From the NCBI GenBank assembly GCA_950054485.1, contig CATLPD010000002.1, positions 248,644 through 312,643 on the forward strand: a DNA stretch of 64,000 nt, given 5' to 3'. Below, in pieces: positions 38,401-47,583 of the stretch. Numbering within the stretch: the first letter of the stretch is position 1; each line of letters begins with the position of its first letter. A program made the position numbers and the translations under genes. Origin of the DNA: an uncultured Alphaproteobacteria bacterium (GTDB taxonomy: Bacteria > Pseudomonadota > Alphaproteobacteria > Micavibrionales > CSBR16-224). Under the pieces are notes generated by a model. It was not told where the DNA came from. It worked only from the letters and a program-made list of their open reading frames with translations, and made no database searches.

Positions 38401-39361
38401 AACCAAACCTGAAACCGATAACGACATCACCGTTTTATCCCCCTCCTCCTGCAATGGTAAATCCAGTTCCGGAAACGGGCTGAATCAAAATAGAGGGCTG
38501 ATGAATGTGCTGAAAAGCCTGCTTCAGCAAAAAAAATCAGATGACAAGCTGCGGGATGCAATTGACGAGCTGATTACGGATTCAAATACAGTTGATGAAG
38601 ATAATACAAATGTTTCAATAGCCGAGCACGAACGCACCCTGATCACAAATATTCTTGATCTACGAGACATGGCTGTAATTGATATTATGGTTCCGCGGGC
38701 CGATATTACAGGTGTTGATCTAAATATCGCCTTCGAAGACTTGATCGCTCTTTTGACGGAAAAACCGCACAGCCGTTTTCCAGTGTACGAAGGCGATCTG
38801 GACAATGTCATTGGCTCGATCCATATGAAGGACGTTATTAAGCTGGCGCTGGACCGCGAGAATTATTCCCTGCGTGATATTATGCGCAATGTTCTGGTGG
38901 TGTCCCCATCGATGCGTGTGATGGATTTGCTGTTACAGATGCGTCAATCGCGACTTCACCTCGCAATGGTTGTTGACGAATTTGGCGGAATTGACGGCTT
39001 GATCACGATTAACGATTTGATCGAATCAATCGTTGGGGAGATTGAAGACGAACATAATTTTGAAGTTCAGCCCCAATTGGTTGAACGCATAGACGGCACA
39101 ATTATCGTTGATGCCCGCTTTGAAATGGATGATTTTAAAGAAAAATACGGAGAGGCTATTTTCGGCGAAGGTGACGACGAAGATGTTGACACTTTGGGCG
39201 GCTTTGTAAATTCATTGGCTGGGCACTTGCCCGCACGCGGTGAAATCATAACGCATGACAACGGTACAGAATTTGAGATCCTGGATGCTGATCCACGCCG
39301 TATTAACCGCATAAGAATTAGGAACCTGCCGGACCCTGACACCGAAGCGCCTGAAGAATAA
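38393..39361 (+). CDS. CorC/TlyC family protein (CBS pair + CorC_HlyC domain)
   Basis: I prefer the ATG at 38393 (MPETKPE), which overlaps the ybeY stop as ATGCCTGA. A CBS pair region is followed by a C-terminal transporter-associated domain. Confidence 0.85.
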   Translation: MPETKPETDNDITVLSPSSCNGKSSSGNGLNQNRGLMNVLKSLLQQKKSDDKLRDAIDELITDSNTVDEDNTNVSIAEHERTLITNILDLRDMAVIDIMVPRADITGVDLNIAFEDLIALLTEKPHSRFPVYEGDLDNVIGSIHMKDVIKLALDRENYSLRDIMRNVLVVSPSMRVMDLLLQMRQSRLHLAMVVDEFGGIDGLITINDLIESIVGEIEDEHNFEVQPQLVERIDGTIIVDARFEMDDFKEKYGEAIFGEGDDEDVDTLGGFVNSLAGHLPARGEIITHDNGTEFEILDADPRRINRIRIRNLPDPDTEAPEE

Positions 39362-39365
39362 CCCT

Positions 39366-40901
39366 ATGTTGCAATCAAAAATTAACTCTGTTGCAGATTT
39401 GTCTGCTAAAAAACGCGCGTTGGTGGCCTTTATATTTGGCGCCATCAGCGTCATGGGCTTGGCCCCTTTCTTTTTATGGCCTTTGTATATAATTGCCTTT
39501 TCAGCTTTTTCACTGCTGCTTTATTATTCGCAAAATAAAAAACAGGCCTTTTGGGCTGGCTGGAGCTTTGGTTTCGGCTATTTTGTGTTCGGCCTTTACT
39601 GGATCAGTCTGGCGTTGCACGTCGATTGGGCTATGTGGTGGTGGTTAACGCCTTTTGCAGCAATTGCTTTGCCGGCTGTTCTGGCTTTGTATTATGGCCT
39701 TGCATCGATTCTTACCACATATACCAAAACGAACAAGCTTGGTTTTGCATTGGGGACCGCCGTAATATTCAGCCTGTTTGAATATATTCGTGGATGGGCT
39801 TTTACCGGTTTTCCATGGAATTTACCATCTTACATATGGGTAGATAGTCCGGTTGGTCAGAATTTATCTTGGCTGGGGGCTTATGGCCTTAACATCTTCG
39901 CTTTTCTAACAGCTTCGCTTTTGGGAATGGCCCTTGTTGATAAGCGATATGCTTATGCCCCACTCGTCATGTTACTATTGTTATACGGTTTTGGCGCTGC
40001 ACGGACTCACAACATAAACCAGACCTTCGATGGCGATAAAACAATATTGATCGTGCAGCCTAATATTGCACAAATCGAAAAATGGGATAAATCTAAAGAA
40101 CTTCAGCATTTTGAAAAGCTTTTGGACCTTACACGCAACGGAAATACGGATTATATTTTATGGCCTGAAACCGCATTAACTGTTAAAAAATCAGCAGTGC
40201 CAGCACTTCGTACTTATTTGAAAGATGTTGTGGCGACCGATCAAATTTTATTTACAGGCGTTACGGATGCGCGAAGCACGAATGAAGAATTTGAATTTTT
40301 CTTTTACAATTCAATGATCGGTATTAATGCTGAAAGTGATATAGAATGGCAGTATAATAAACATCACCTTGTCCCTTTTGGGGAATATGTCCCCTTTAGA
40401 AAATACCTTAAGTTTGGAGGTCTGGCACAAACATTATCTGCGACAGGCGATTTCAAGGCCGGGCCTGGACCGCAGAGCTTGAAAGTGGATGATGACTTTT
40501 CAATTAGCCCCCTTATCTGCTATGAAATTATTTTTCCCGGCCGCGTCACAGCGCAAGGCGATCGACCTGATCTTTTGGTTAATATTACGAATGACGGCTG
40601 GTATCTGAAATCGCTTGGTCCATATCAACATCTTGCAATGGCGCGTGCACGTGCAATTGAAACCGGTATTCCAGTTGCGCGCGCTGCGAATACAGGCGTA
40701 TCGGCTTTAATTGATCCATATGGTCAAATTGTTTTACAGCTTGCGCTTCAGACGGATGGTACGATTAACTCTTCAGTTCCGCACAAAATTAAGGCCCCAA
40801 TATACTTTCGCTATAAAGAAAAAATATTTTGGGCTCTTGTCTTTGCTTTGATGTTTATTATGTTAATATTTAAAGGTGGAGCTGGCCTTAAAAAGGGTTG
40901 A
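39366..40901 (+). CDS. lnt: Apolipoprotein N-acyltransferase
   Basis: 511 aa with an N-terminal polytopic domain and a nitrilase-fold domain (LWPE, ICYEIIFP). Confidence 0.9.
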   Translation: MLQSKINSVADLSAKKRALVAFIFGAISVMGLAPFFLWPLYIIAFSAFSLLLYYSQNKKQAFWAGWSFGFGYFVFGLYWISLALHVDWAMWWWLTPFAAIALPAVLALYYGLASILTTYTKTNKLGFALGTAVIFSLFEYIRGWAFTGFPWNLPSYIWVDSPVGQNLSWLGAYGLNIFAFLTASLLGMALVDKRYAYAPLVMLLLLYGFGAARTHNINQTFDGDKTILIVQPNIAQIEKWDKSKELQHFEKLLDLTRNGNTDYILWPETALTVKKSAVPALRTYLKDVVATDQILFTGVTDARSTNEEFEFFFYNSMIGINAESDIEWQYNKHHLVPFGEYVPFRKYLKFGGLAQTLSATGDFKAGPGPQSLKVDDDFSISPLICYEIIFPGRVTAQGDRPDLLVNITNDGWYLKSLGPYQHLAMARARAIETGIPVARAANTGVSALIDPYGQIVLQLALQTDGTINSSVPHKIKAPIYFRYKEKIFWALVFALMFIMLIFKGGAGLKKG

Positions 40902-40920
40902 AAGTTATTGCACAGGTAAT

Positions 40921-40945
40921 TATACAACTATACTATAGTTGTATA
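40921..40945. promoter_or_regulatory. Perfect 25-bp palindrome (TATACAACTATA-C-TATAGTTGTATA), candidate operator and/or lnt terminator
   Basis: Read directly. The 12-bp arms are perfect. It ends 20 nt before the XRE gene ATG, contains -10-like hexamers (TATACT, TATAGT) and is followed by TTTT. Confidence 0.5.
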
Positions 40946-40965
40946 TTTTAGGAGTTATTTTAAGA

Positions 40966-41382
40966 ATGCGTAAAAGCAATAAGCGATCATCTCATCCGAT
41001 TGATAAGCACGTAGGTACTAAGCTTAAAGCCCGTCGTAACCTGATCGGCATGAGTCAGGACGAGCTTGCCCAAGAAGTCGATTTGACTTACCAACAGATA
41101 CAAAAGTATGAGAGCGGTACAAACCGTATTGGAGCGTCTCGACTGTTTGAATTCAGCAAAATTCTTCAGGTTGCAGTAGGCTATTTTTTCGAAGGGCTTG
41201 AAAATGCGTCCAAGAAAGGTTTTGCAGATACAAAACAGGCCGAATTTGAAGGACCCGAACAAGATGTCATGAATAAGCGTGAAACCTATAATCTTGTCCG
41301 CGCCTATTATAATATTCAAGATCCCAAGCTGCGACAGCAGATCCTTGAGATGGCAAAAGCCATGGCAAAATCCGGCAGCTGA
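40966..41382 (+). CDS. XRE-family helix-turn-helix transcriptional regulator
   Basis: HTH segment VGTKLKARRNLIGMSQDELAQEVDLTYQQIQKYESGTNRI. I prefer ATG 40966 (AGGAG upstream) over the TTG at 40939. It sits after lnt, as in other alphaproteobacteria. Confidence 0.8.
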   Translation: MRKSNKRSSHPIDKHVGTKLKARRNLIGMSQDELAQEVDLTYQQIQKYESGTNRIGASRLFEFSKILQVAVGYFFEGLENASKKGFADTKQAEFEGPEQDVMNKRETYNLVRAYYNIQDPKLRQQILEMAKAMAKSGS

Positions 41383-41449
41383 TTAATAGAATCTTTTGAC
41401 GTAATGATATTATTTTGATAGGTTTGAGAAACCTTCAGGAAAATACGTT

Positions 41450-42370
41450 ATGCAGCAAAACAATAAAATTTTGTCCTACCCTGTACCAGCTGATGTTCAA
41501 GTCATGCAAAGTCAGGAAGATGCCTCTATAAACTGGATCGAAAATAAAGACATCGGTGTTTTAGAAAGCCGATATGTACGTCGCCAACAGGATTACTTTG
41601 TCGTATATCTTTCATCGCAAACAGGTTGCCGTCAGGCGTGCCGCATGTGCCATTTGACCGCCACAGGACAAACCAAAAGCCGTGATGCCACAGGCGATGA
41701 AATTCTTGAAAGCGCAGATCGTGTTTTGAATTGGTATGCAAAAAATACAGAAAACGCCAAAGTTGTTCATTATAACTTTATGGCGCGCGGCGAGCCTTTG
41801 AATAACGTTCATCTTTGTAACGATGCAGAATATATCATGTCAGGTTTGGCACAGAAGGCACGCGAACTTGGTCTTCTTCCGCGCTATTTGATCTCGACAA
41901 TCCTGCCTAAGTCTTTCGAAGACTTATCATTATGCGATGTCTTTCCTGTTCATCACCCTGATATCTATTATTCGATTTATTCGATGGATCCTGACTTCAG
42001 AAAAAAATGGTTACCTTTGGCTATGGACCCGAATTTAGCGCTGGATAAATTGGTGGAATGGCAGCGCCATACCTCTAAGATTCCAAAGATCCACTACGCT
42101 TTCATTGCAGGCGAAAACGACAGCGAACAAGACATTATCGATATTTGCGAAGCCATAAAAGCCCGTGATCTGCGCGTCAATTTGAATATCGTGCGTTATA
42201 ACCCCGCGGATGATAAACGCGGCGTAGAAAGCTGTGAAAGCATTATTGAAAGAAACTTGAAGATTTTCAAAGAATACATGCCCCAAGCGCGTATGAAGGT
42301 GCACCCGCGTGTCGGCTTTGATGTGAAGGCATCATGCGGTATGTTCGTAAATGCACGTGAAGCTGACTAG
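41450..42370 (+). CDS. Radical-SAM enzyme, RlmN/Cfr-like core without N-terminal domain
   Basis: 306 aa. Motifs SSQTGCRQACRMC (CX3CX2C), MARGEPLNN, AGENDSEQ...VNLNIVRYNP and ASCGMF appear in RlmN order. An in-frame stop at 41405 rules out an N-terminal extension. AGGA RBS. Confidence 0.7.
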   Translation: MQQNNKILSYPVPADVQVMQSQEDASINWIENKDIGVLESRYVRRQQDYFVVYLSSQTGCRQACRMCHLTATGQTKSRDATGDEILESADRVLNWYAKNTENAKVVHYNFMARGEPLNNVHLCNDAEYIMSGLAQKARELGLLPRYLISTILPKSFEDLSLCDVFPVHHPDIYYSIYSMDPDFRKKWLPLAMDPNLALDKLVEWQRHTSKIPKIHYAFIAGENDSEQDIIDICEAIKARDLRVNLNIVRYNPADDKRGVESCESIIERNLKIFKEYMPQARMKVHPRVGFDVKASCGMFVNAREAD

Positions 42371-43152
42371 TTCGCGTATCTTGCTTCGACAATAGATTTT
42401 AGTTTCGGATCATCTATTTTTTTCCAAAGATCCTTTTCCTGCATAGAAAGCGGCTTTAAAGGTATCTTTGAAAAATATTTACGCTTTTTGTTCACTTTTG
42501 TTGCTGTAATCGCCTTAAATTTATCTTCGGCGCTGGCGGGAATATTTAAACCAAGCTTTTCTGCGAAACCCACAAATTTATTCCAGTCCCGCAGATCTTC
42601 CAAAGATATTTCAGCAACAGGCAGCCCCTTATCTTTGCATGTTTGTCTATATAAATCTTTCCGGCGTTCAACCTCCAGACAATACCAGAAACAAAGCTGA
42701 TAATTCGAAAGACTTTGCCAGTCCTTAACCTTCAGAACATTTCCTTCATCCGGGTGATAGAGGCTATTGACGCCCTTTTCCGTTCGGGCGGGTATGGCGC
42801 CGATACGCCAAAGGCTTTTGGCAACCTCACGCGGCGGACGACTTAAAATCATCAAATTAAAAGGGATATTAAGCTCGATAAATGCTTCGAAAAAGCCTTT
42901 GCCGAACAAGTGGCTGGTTTCAGCGTAATTCTTTTCAGGAATGTTTAAAATCGCAGGCAGTTTTTCATTTTTGACAAAATACAGCGCATGCTTTTCACTG
43001 TCACGAACTTTTACGATATGATCAGAAAAATATGGTGCAGGCTCGTGTAACGCACACGTATCATCTGCCAAAGAAAGTAATTCTTCCAGCAAATTGGTGC
43101 CACTACGACCTGTTGTCAGGCACATGCTGATATTTTTATCAATCTGGAGCAT
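42367..43152 (-). CDS. Sulfotransferase-like P-loop protein
   Basis: 261 aa. It has an N-terminal 5'-PSB-like motif LTTGRSGTNLL and a later ILSRPPREVAKSLWR (3'-PB-like). The start overlaps the IMPDH-like stop by 14 nt. The stop overlaps the convergent radical-SAM stop (CTAG). Confidence 0.55.
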   Translation of the reverse strand: MLQIDKNISMCLTTGRSGTNLLEELLSLADDTCALHEPAPYFSDHIVKVRDSEKHALYFVKNEKLPAILNIPEKNYAETSHLFGKGFFEAFIELNIPFNLMILSRPPREVAKSLWRIGAIPARTEKGVNSLYHPDEGNVLKVKDWQSLSNYQLCFWYCLEVERRKDLYRQTCKDKGLPVAEISLEDLRDWNKFVGFAEKLGLNIPASAEDKFKAITATKVNKKRKYFSKIPLKPLSMQEKDLWKKIDDPKLKSIVEARYAN

Positions 43153-44479
43153 ATTCGTTATCTTGGGCGTTCATAAAATGGTGGCGGACGAATTTTGTAT
43201 TATATTTCAAATCTTCGATCGTTTGGCTGGCGCTTTCAACCATTGATTGTTTCAAACCATCAATTAATGTCTCAATGACTTGGCTTGTTTTCCCTTTGTA
43301 TGATGGACGGCGCAATTCTTTATCACGCGCCCCTTCCCGCACCTTATAGGTATTGCGCGTTTCATAGACAATTGTTCCCGGTGCTTCATCTGTCCCGGCA
43401 AGCGGATGGCTCAGCATCACCGCATCGGCACCCGCAGCGATGGCCTTTGCGACGTCATCCGCTGTAAATATACCGCCATCAACGATGACCGGTGTCGAAT
43501 TTATACTGCACGCATCGGAAACATCCATAATAGCAGAAAGCGCGGGAACTCCGACACCCGAGTGTCTGCCCTTGCATCCGACCTTGATGGCATGTGCGCC
43601 GCAGTCTATTAACGCGCGGGCTCCGTCACCAGTCACAACATTACCGGCAATAACTTTGATTTTGCTGGATTGCAGTTGTGAAATTTTACTGACAACTGTC
43701 AGAACATCTTGATGGTGTCCATTGACGGCATCTACAATGATGATATCGGCCTCCGCATCGGCCAACGCCTGTGCACGATCGTAGCCGTCTTTACCAATTC
43801 CAACAGCCGCTGCAACCTTAAGGCGCCCTTTTGAATCACGCGTTGCATCTGGATTGTTTTTCATTTGTTCCAGATCTTTAACCGTTAAAAGGCCGGCGCA
43901 TTTACCTTGCTCATCCACGATAATCAATTTTTCAATGCGATGTTCAAACATCAATTTGCGCGCCGCATCGGGTTCAATATCTTTTGATACCGTAATCAAA
44001 TTTTCAGTCGTCATACGGCTTGAAACCGGCTGATTTAAATCAGATGCGAAGCGGACATCCCGATTGGTTAAGATCCCCGCCAGCTTATGTTCCATATCAA
44101 TAACGGGTAGCCCGCTGATATTAAAATTGCGCATCAAATCAAGGGCTTCTGCCAATGGCGTTTCGGCAGATACCACAATCGGCTTTTCGATGATCTTGGT
44201 TTCGAGGCGTTTAACCTTGCGGACTTCTTCGACCTGATGGCCGATCGGCATATTATTATGAATAACGCCAAGGCCGCCACATCGCGCAATGGCGGCAGCC
44301 ATGTCATGCTCTGTTACGATATCCAGTGCAGATGATAAAATCGGAATGTTCAGATAAAACCGGTCGGCAATACGTGTTTTTGTTTGAATATCATCAATCG
44401 TCAAGCTGCTTTGGGCAGGTACGATCGAAACATCTTCGTAGCTGGCGCCTGTAAATTCAGAATATTTACTGCTGTGCAT
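43139..44479 (-). CDS. IMPDH/GuaB-family protein with CBS pair but deleted catalytic loop and flap
   Basis: I prefer ATG 44479 (MHSSKY, GAGGGG RBS). The N-terminal barrel and CBS pair are well conserved (NIPILSSALDIVTE, GGLGVIHNN). Where GuaB has [13 protein letters not shown]..GVGVP, this protein reads KVGCKGRHSGVGVP. Confidence 0.8.
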   Translation of the reverse strand: MHSSKYSEFTGASYEDVSIVPAQSSLTIDDIQTKTRIADRFYLNIPILSSALDIVTEHDMAAAIARCGGLGVIHNNMPIGHQVEEVRKVKRLETKIIEKPIVVSAETPLAEALDLMRNFNISGLPVIDMEHKLAGILTNRDVRFASDLNQPVSSRMTTENLITVSKDIEPDAARKLMFEHRIEKLIIVDEQGKCAGLLTVKDLEQMKNNPDATRDSKGRLKVAAAVGIGKDGYDRAQALADAEADIIIVDAVNGHHQDVLTVVSKISQLQSSKIKVIAGNVVTGDGARALIDCGAHAIKVGCKGRHSGVGVPALSAIMDVSDACSINSTPVIVDGGIFTADDVAKAIAAGADAVMLSHPLAGTDEAPGTIVYETRNTYKVREGARDKELRRPSYKGKTSQVIETLIDGLKQSMVESASQTIEDLKYNTKFVRHHFMNAQDNEYAPD

Positions 44480-44518
44480 GATATCCCCTCTTTCACGCAA
44501 GAAACTATTGCTTATATT

Positions 44519-45229
44519 CTAACCGCGAAATCCAAGACCCACAACATAGATTTCTGAAGAATCCGAACGGCTGGCATCCGGTTTAACGTGTTTGACCTTT
44601 TTGAAGTTCTGACGCATATGCTGTAACAAATCTTGCTGCGCGCCACCTTGAAAGACTTTGGCGACAAACGATCCATTTGGCTTTAAAACTTCAATCGCAA
44701 AATAATAGGCCGCCTCGACCAAAGCCATGATACGAAGGTGATCGGTTTGCTTATGCCCAATTGTAGGCGGGGCAATATCGCTGACAACCAAATCTGCCAT
44801 ATCACCACCCATCGCCTCTTTCAATCTGTCGGGTGCATCATCATCCATGAAATCCATGTGCAGAACTGTTGCACCGGGTAATTCATCCATTTCAAGAATA
44901 TCAAGGGCGACAACCTTTGCGCCTGTTTCATCGGGTTTCACCCTATCGACGATAATTTGCGTCCAACCACCGGGTGCTGCGCCCAGATCAATAATATTCT
45001 GGCCTTTTCGTAGCAGGTTTAGCTGTTCGTCTAATTGCAAAAGCTTAAAAGCGGCACGTGAACGATAGCCCTGCGCCTGCGCTTCAGCCACATAGGGATC
45101 ATTCAATTGGCGTTTAAGCCAACGCGTCGAAGCATTCGAACGTTTTTTGGCTGTTTTAACCTTAACTTTCTTTTGCTGTCCGCGCGGGTTTGGGTTTTTA
45201 CCCGATTTGCTAAATGGTTTATCTGTCAT
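44519..45229 (-). CDS. rlmE: 23S rRNA U2552 2'-O-methyltransferase RlmE (FtsJ)
   Basis: 236 aa with YRSRAAFKLLQLDE, DLGAAPGGWTQ and DIAPPTIGH motifs. Confidence 0.9.
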   Translation of the reverse strand: MTDKPFSKSGKNPNPRGQQKKVKVKTAKKRSNASTRWLKRQLNDPYVAEAQAQGYRSRAAFKLLQLDEQLNLLRKGQNIIDLGAAPGGWTQIIVDRVKPDETGAKVVALDILEMDELPGATVLHMDFMDDDAPDRLKEAMGGDMADLVVSDIAPPTIGHKQTDHLRIMALVEAAYYFAIEVLKPNGSFVAKVFQGGAQQDLLQHMRQNFKKVKHVKPDASRSDSSEIYVVGLGFRG

Positions 45230-45267
45230 AAGGGTTTTCTAGCATTATTCGTGCTATAAGGCCAGTT

Positions 45268-46923
45268 TTATCCAAGGATGCGGCTTAATCCCCATTTAAG
45301 GACCGTTTCATTCTGATCTGTCACGCCACGCACAACGATGTGCTGGGATTTTCTGATTTCACCGCGATGGCCGATATATACACTTTCATCAAGGTCGATT
45401 TCAACGGCGCCCTTACAAATAAAACGCCAGCCTGTACGGCTCTTCGTTTGGATCAGAACTTCGCCCCCACCCTGAACCAATGAGGCCTGAGATGAAGGAT
45501 GCAGGTGAAACCTTAACGCGAACGGCACACCCTTCCCGCCGCCTGTCAGCTTCTCCTCGCCTATCAGTGCATTTCCTGCATCCTTCAAAAGCAGACGGCG
45601 TGCATGTGTAATACCATAGCGCGCCGTGTATCCATCGTGTCTGCCATCAAACAGGCAAGAATTATTTTCAAGTTTGTAATCAGTCTGAATATCCGGCAGG
45701 CTGGTAAATTCACCGGTTTCATTCACCAAAATGGCATTGCGCTGATCTATGGTCAGCGTCGTATGTGCTGCGGTTGATCGCATCGCGCGAAACCACTGAC
45801 CGTATTCTGAAACAGCCCCGCAATTCACAAAAATGCGTTCGCGGCCGAAAACATATTCAAAGGCCAGCGGCGCTGTGTGGGCATTGCGACTATATTCAGG
45901 CGCAATCGCGCTGCCTGTATCAATCAATAACTGCCCACGGCCCTGACGAAGCTTTGTATAGCCTGTATGCTCAAGACGTTTCAACGGGCGCCCGCGCGCA
46001 CCGGATAGGTTGATAATGCAATTGATCAGGTTGGCATCCCATTCGAAACCGCCGTTAAAATGGGCAAGATTTCCATCGGAATAACGGAAGAAACGAAGAG
46101 CTGGTACCATTTTATCAATGGCAAATTGAATTTGTTCCGGCACGGGCAGTTTTGCCAAATTCAGAACTGTGCGCAGATCAATCAGGATCATAAGAACTTG
46201 CGACAAGACAATCGGTGATCGACTGATATGCCCACCATCTACCAGAATTTGTTTTTTAATTTGTTCCAGAACCAATTCAAACGGATGTTCCAGTTGCTTT
46301 TTCGGGCTTCCGATTGCGATCATTGCGTAAATCAGGCCTTTTAAAGCCGCGAAGCTCTCAACCATTTGCAAATGACCATCCGTTATGACGCGCGCAAGGT
46401 GTTTTGTTTGACGTGCAATACTCAGACGGACCTTTGATTGGAATTCTTCATCCGCACTGAGGCCGTAGAATGAAAATGCCCCGATCCAGTTCGAAAGACG
46501 CGCACCCAAAACATCGGGGCGCCAGATCACATCCTGCCAGCGATCATAATTATCAATCCAGTTCGATATCATTTCGCGGGCCTGCAGGCGGGCTTTACCT
46601 GTACTGACAGCCTTAATATCGCGCAGCCAGTTAAAACGATGGAATTCGGCAACCCAATCTTCGGAAACGCCCGGCGGCTCCCAATTCAGGCTGTTCATTT
46701 CAATACGCTCGCCTGCAAACAGGAAAATGCCCTGCATCAGGTCTTGCCCGACGTCACTGCGGCCGGGCCACGGATCAGTTGGTATCACCTGAAGGCTGTC
46801 GGGCGATCCACCCATCAGGGTCAAGTTATAAAGCGGTGTTGAAAATGCAAGGGCCTTTGCCTGATCCGTCAGCTTGGTCAGGGGACGTATTCCGCTAAAT
46901 TTGACGCCTTTGGTGGTCGTCAT
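45268..46923 (-). CDS. Heparinase II/III family protein (conserved alphaproteobacterial form)
   Basis: 551 aa with the central motif LVDGGHISRSPIVLSQVL. Size and position next to rsmB/rpe are typical of this family in alphaproteobacteria. Confidence 0.7.
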   Translation of the reverse strand: MTTTKGVKFSGIRPLTKLTDQAKALAFSTPLYNLTLMGGSPDSLQVIPTDPWPGRSDVGQDLMQGIFLFAGERIEMNSLNWEPPGVSEDWVAEFHRFNWLRDIKAVSTGKARLQAREMISNWIDNYDRWQDVIWRPDVLGARLSNWIGAFSFYGLSADEEFQSKVRLSIARQTKHLARVITDGHLQMVESFAALKGLIYAMIAIGSPKKQLEHPFELVLEQIKKQILVDGGHISRSPIVLSQVLMILIDLRTVLNLAKLPVPEQIQFAIDKMVPALRFFRYSDGNLAHFNGGFEWDANLINCIINLSGARGRPLKRLEHTGYTKLRQGRGQLLIDTGSAIAPEYSRNAHTAPLAFEYVFGRERIFVNCGAVSEYGQWFRAMRSTAAHTTLTIDQRNAILVNETGEFTSLPDIQTDYKLENNSCLFDGRHDGYTARYGITHARRLLLKDAGNALIGEEKLTGGGKGVPFALRFHLHPSSQASLVQGGGEVLIQTKSRTGWRFICKGAVEIDLDESVYIGHRGEIRKSQHIVVRGVTDQNETVLKWGLSRILG

Positions 46924-46926
46924 TTA

Positions 46927-47583
46927 TTATTCTCCGCGTAATGCTTTTATATTTTTTTGATACCCGGATGGCCCGTCTTTAAAAACTGCGGTCCCCGCGA
47001 CCAAAAGATTTGCCCCGTGTGATACGGCGTGTTTGGCAGTTTCAGGGGTGATTCCCCCATCAACCTGAAGGTCTATTTTGCGTCCTGTTGCTTTGATACG
47101 GTCTGCAACGTCTTTGATTTTGTTCAATAAAGGAATGAATTTCTGCCCACCGAACCCCGGGTTAACCGTCATGACTAAAATCAGATCCAAATCGTCAATC
47201 AGATGATCCAATACATCTGTCGGTGTTGCGGGGTTTAATGCCAGCCCCGCTTTTTTCCCGCAACCTTTGATCATTTGAACTGTACGGTGCGCGTGCGCGC
47301 CAGCTTCGGGATGAAACGATATGATGTCAGCGCCGGCATCCGCAAATTCCTGAATATATTGATCAACAGGTGCAATCATCAAATGCACATCAAATATCTT
47401 TTTCGAATGTGGACGCAAGGCTTTAACGACTTTTGGACCGATTGTCAGGTTCGGCACGAAATGCCCATCCATAACATCTATGTGGATATAATCGGCGCCG
47501 GCCTCGTCAATCGCGCGAACTTCTTCGCCCAATTTTGCAAAATCGGCAGACAGGATAGAAGGCGCAATACGAACAGCGGTCAT
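46927..47583 (-). CDS. rpe: Ribulose-phosphate 3-epimerase
   Basis: 218 aa with [34 protein letters not shown] and DGGI motifs. Confidence 0.93.
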   Translation of the reverse strand: MTAVRIAPSILSADFAKLGEEVRAIDEAGADYIHIDVMDGHFVPNLTIGPKVVKALRPHSKKIFDVHLMIAPVDQYIQEFADAGADIISFHPEAGAHAHRTVQMIKGCGKKAGLALNPATPTDVLDHLIDDLDLILVMTVNPGFGGQKFIPLLNKIKDVADRIKATGRKIDLQVDGGITPETAKHAVSHGANLLVAGTAVFKDGPSGYQKNIKALRGE

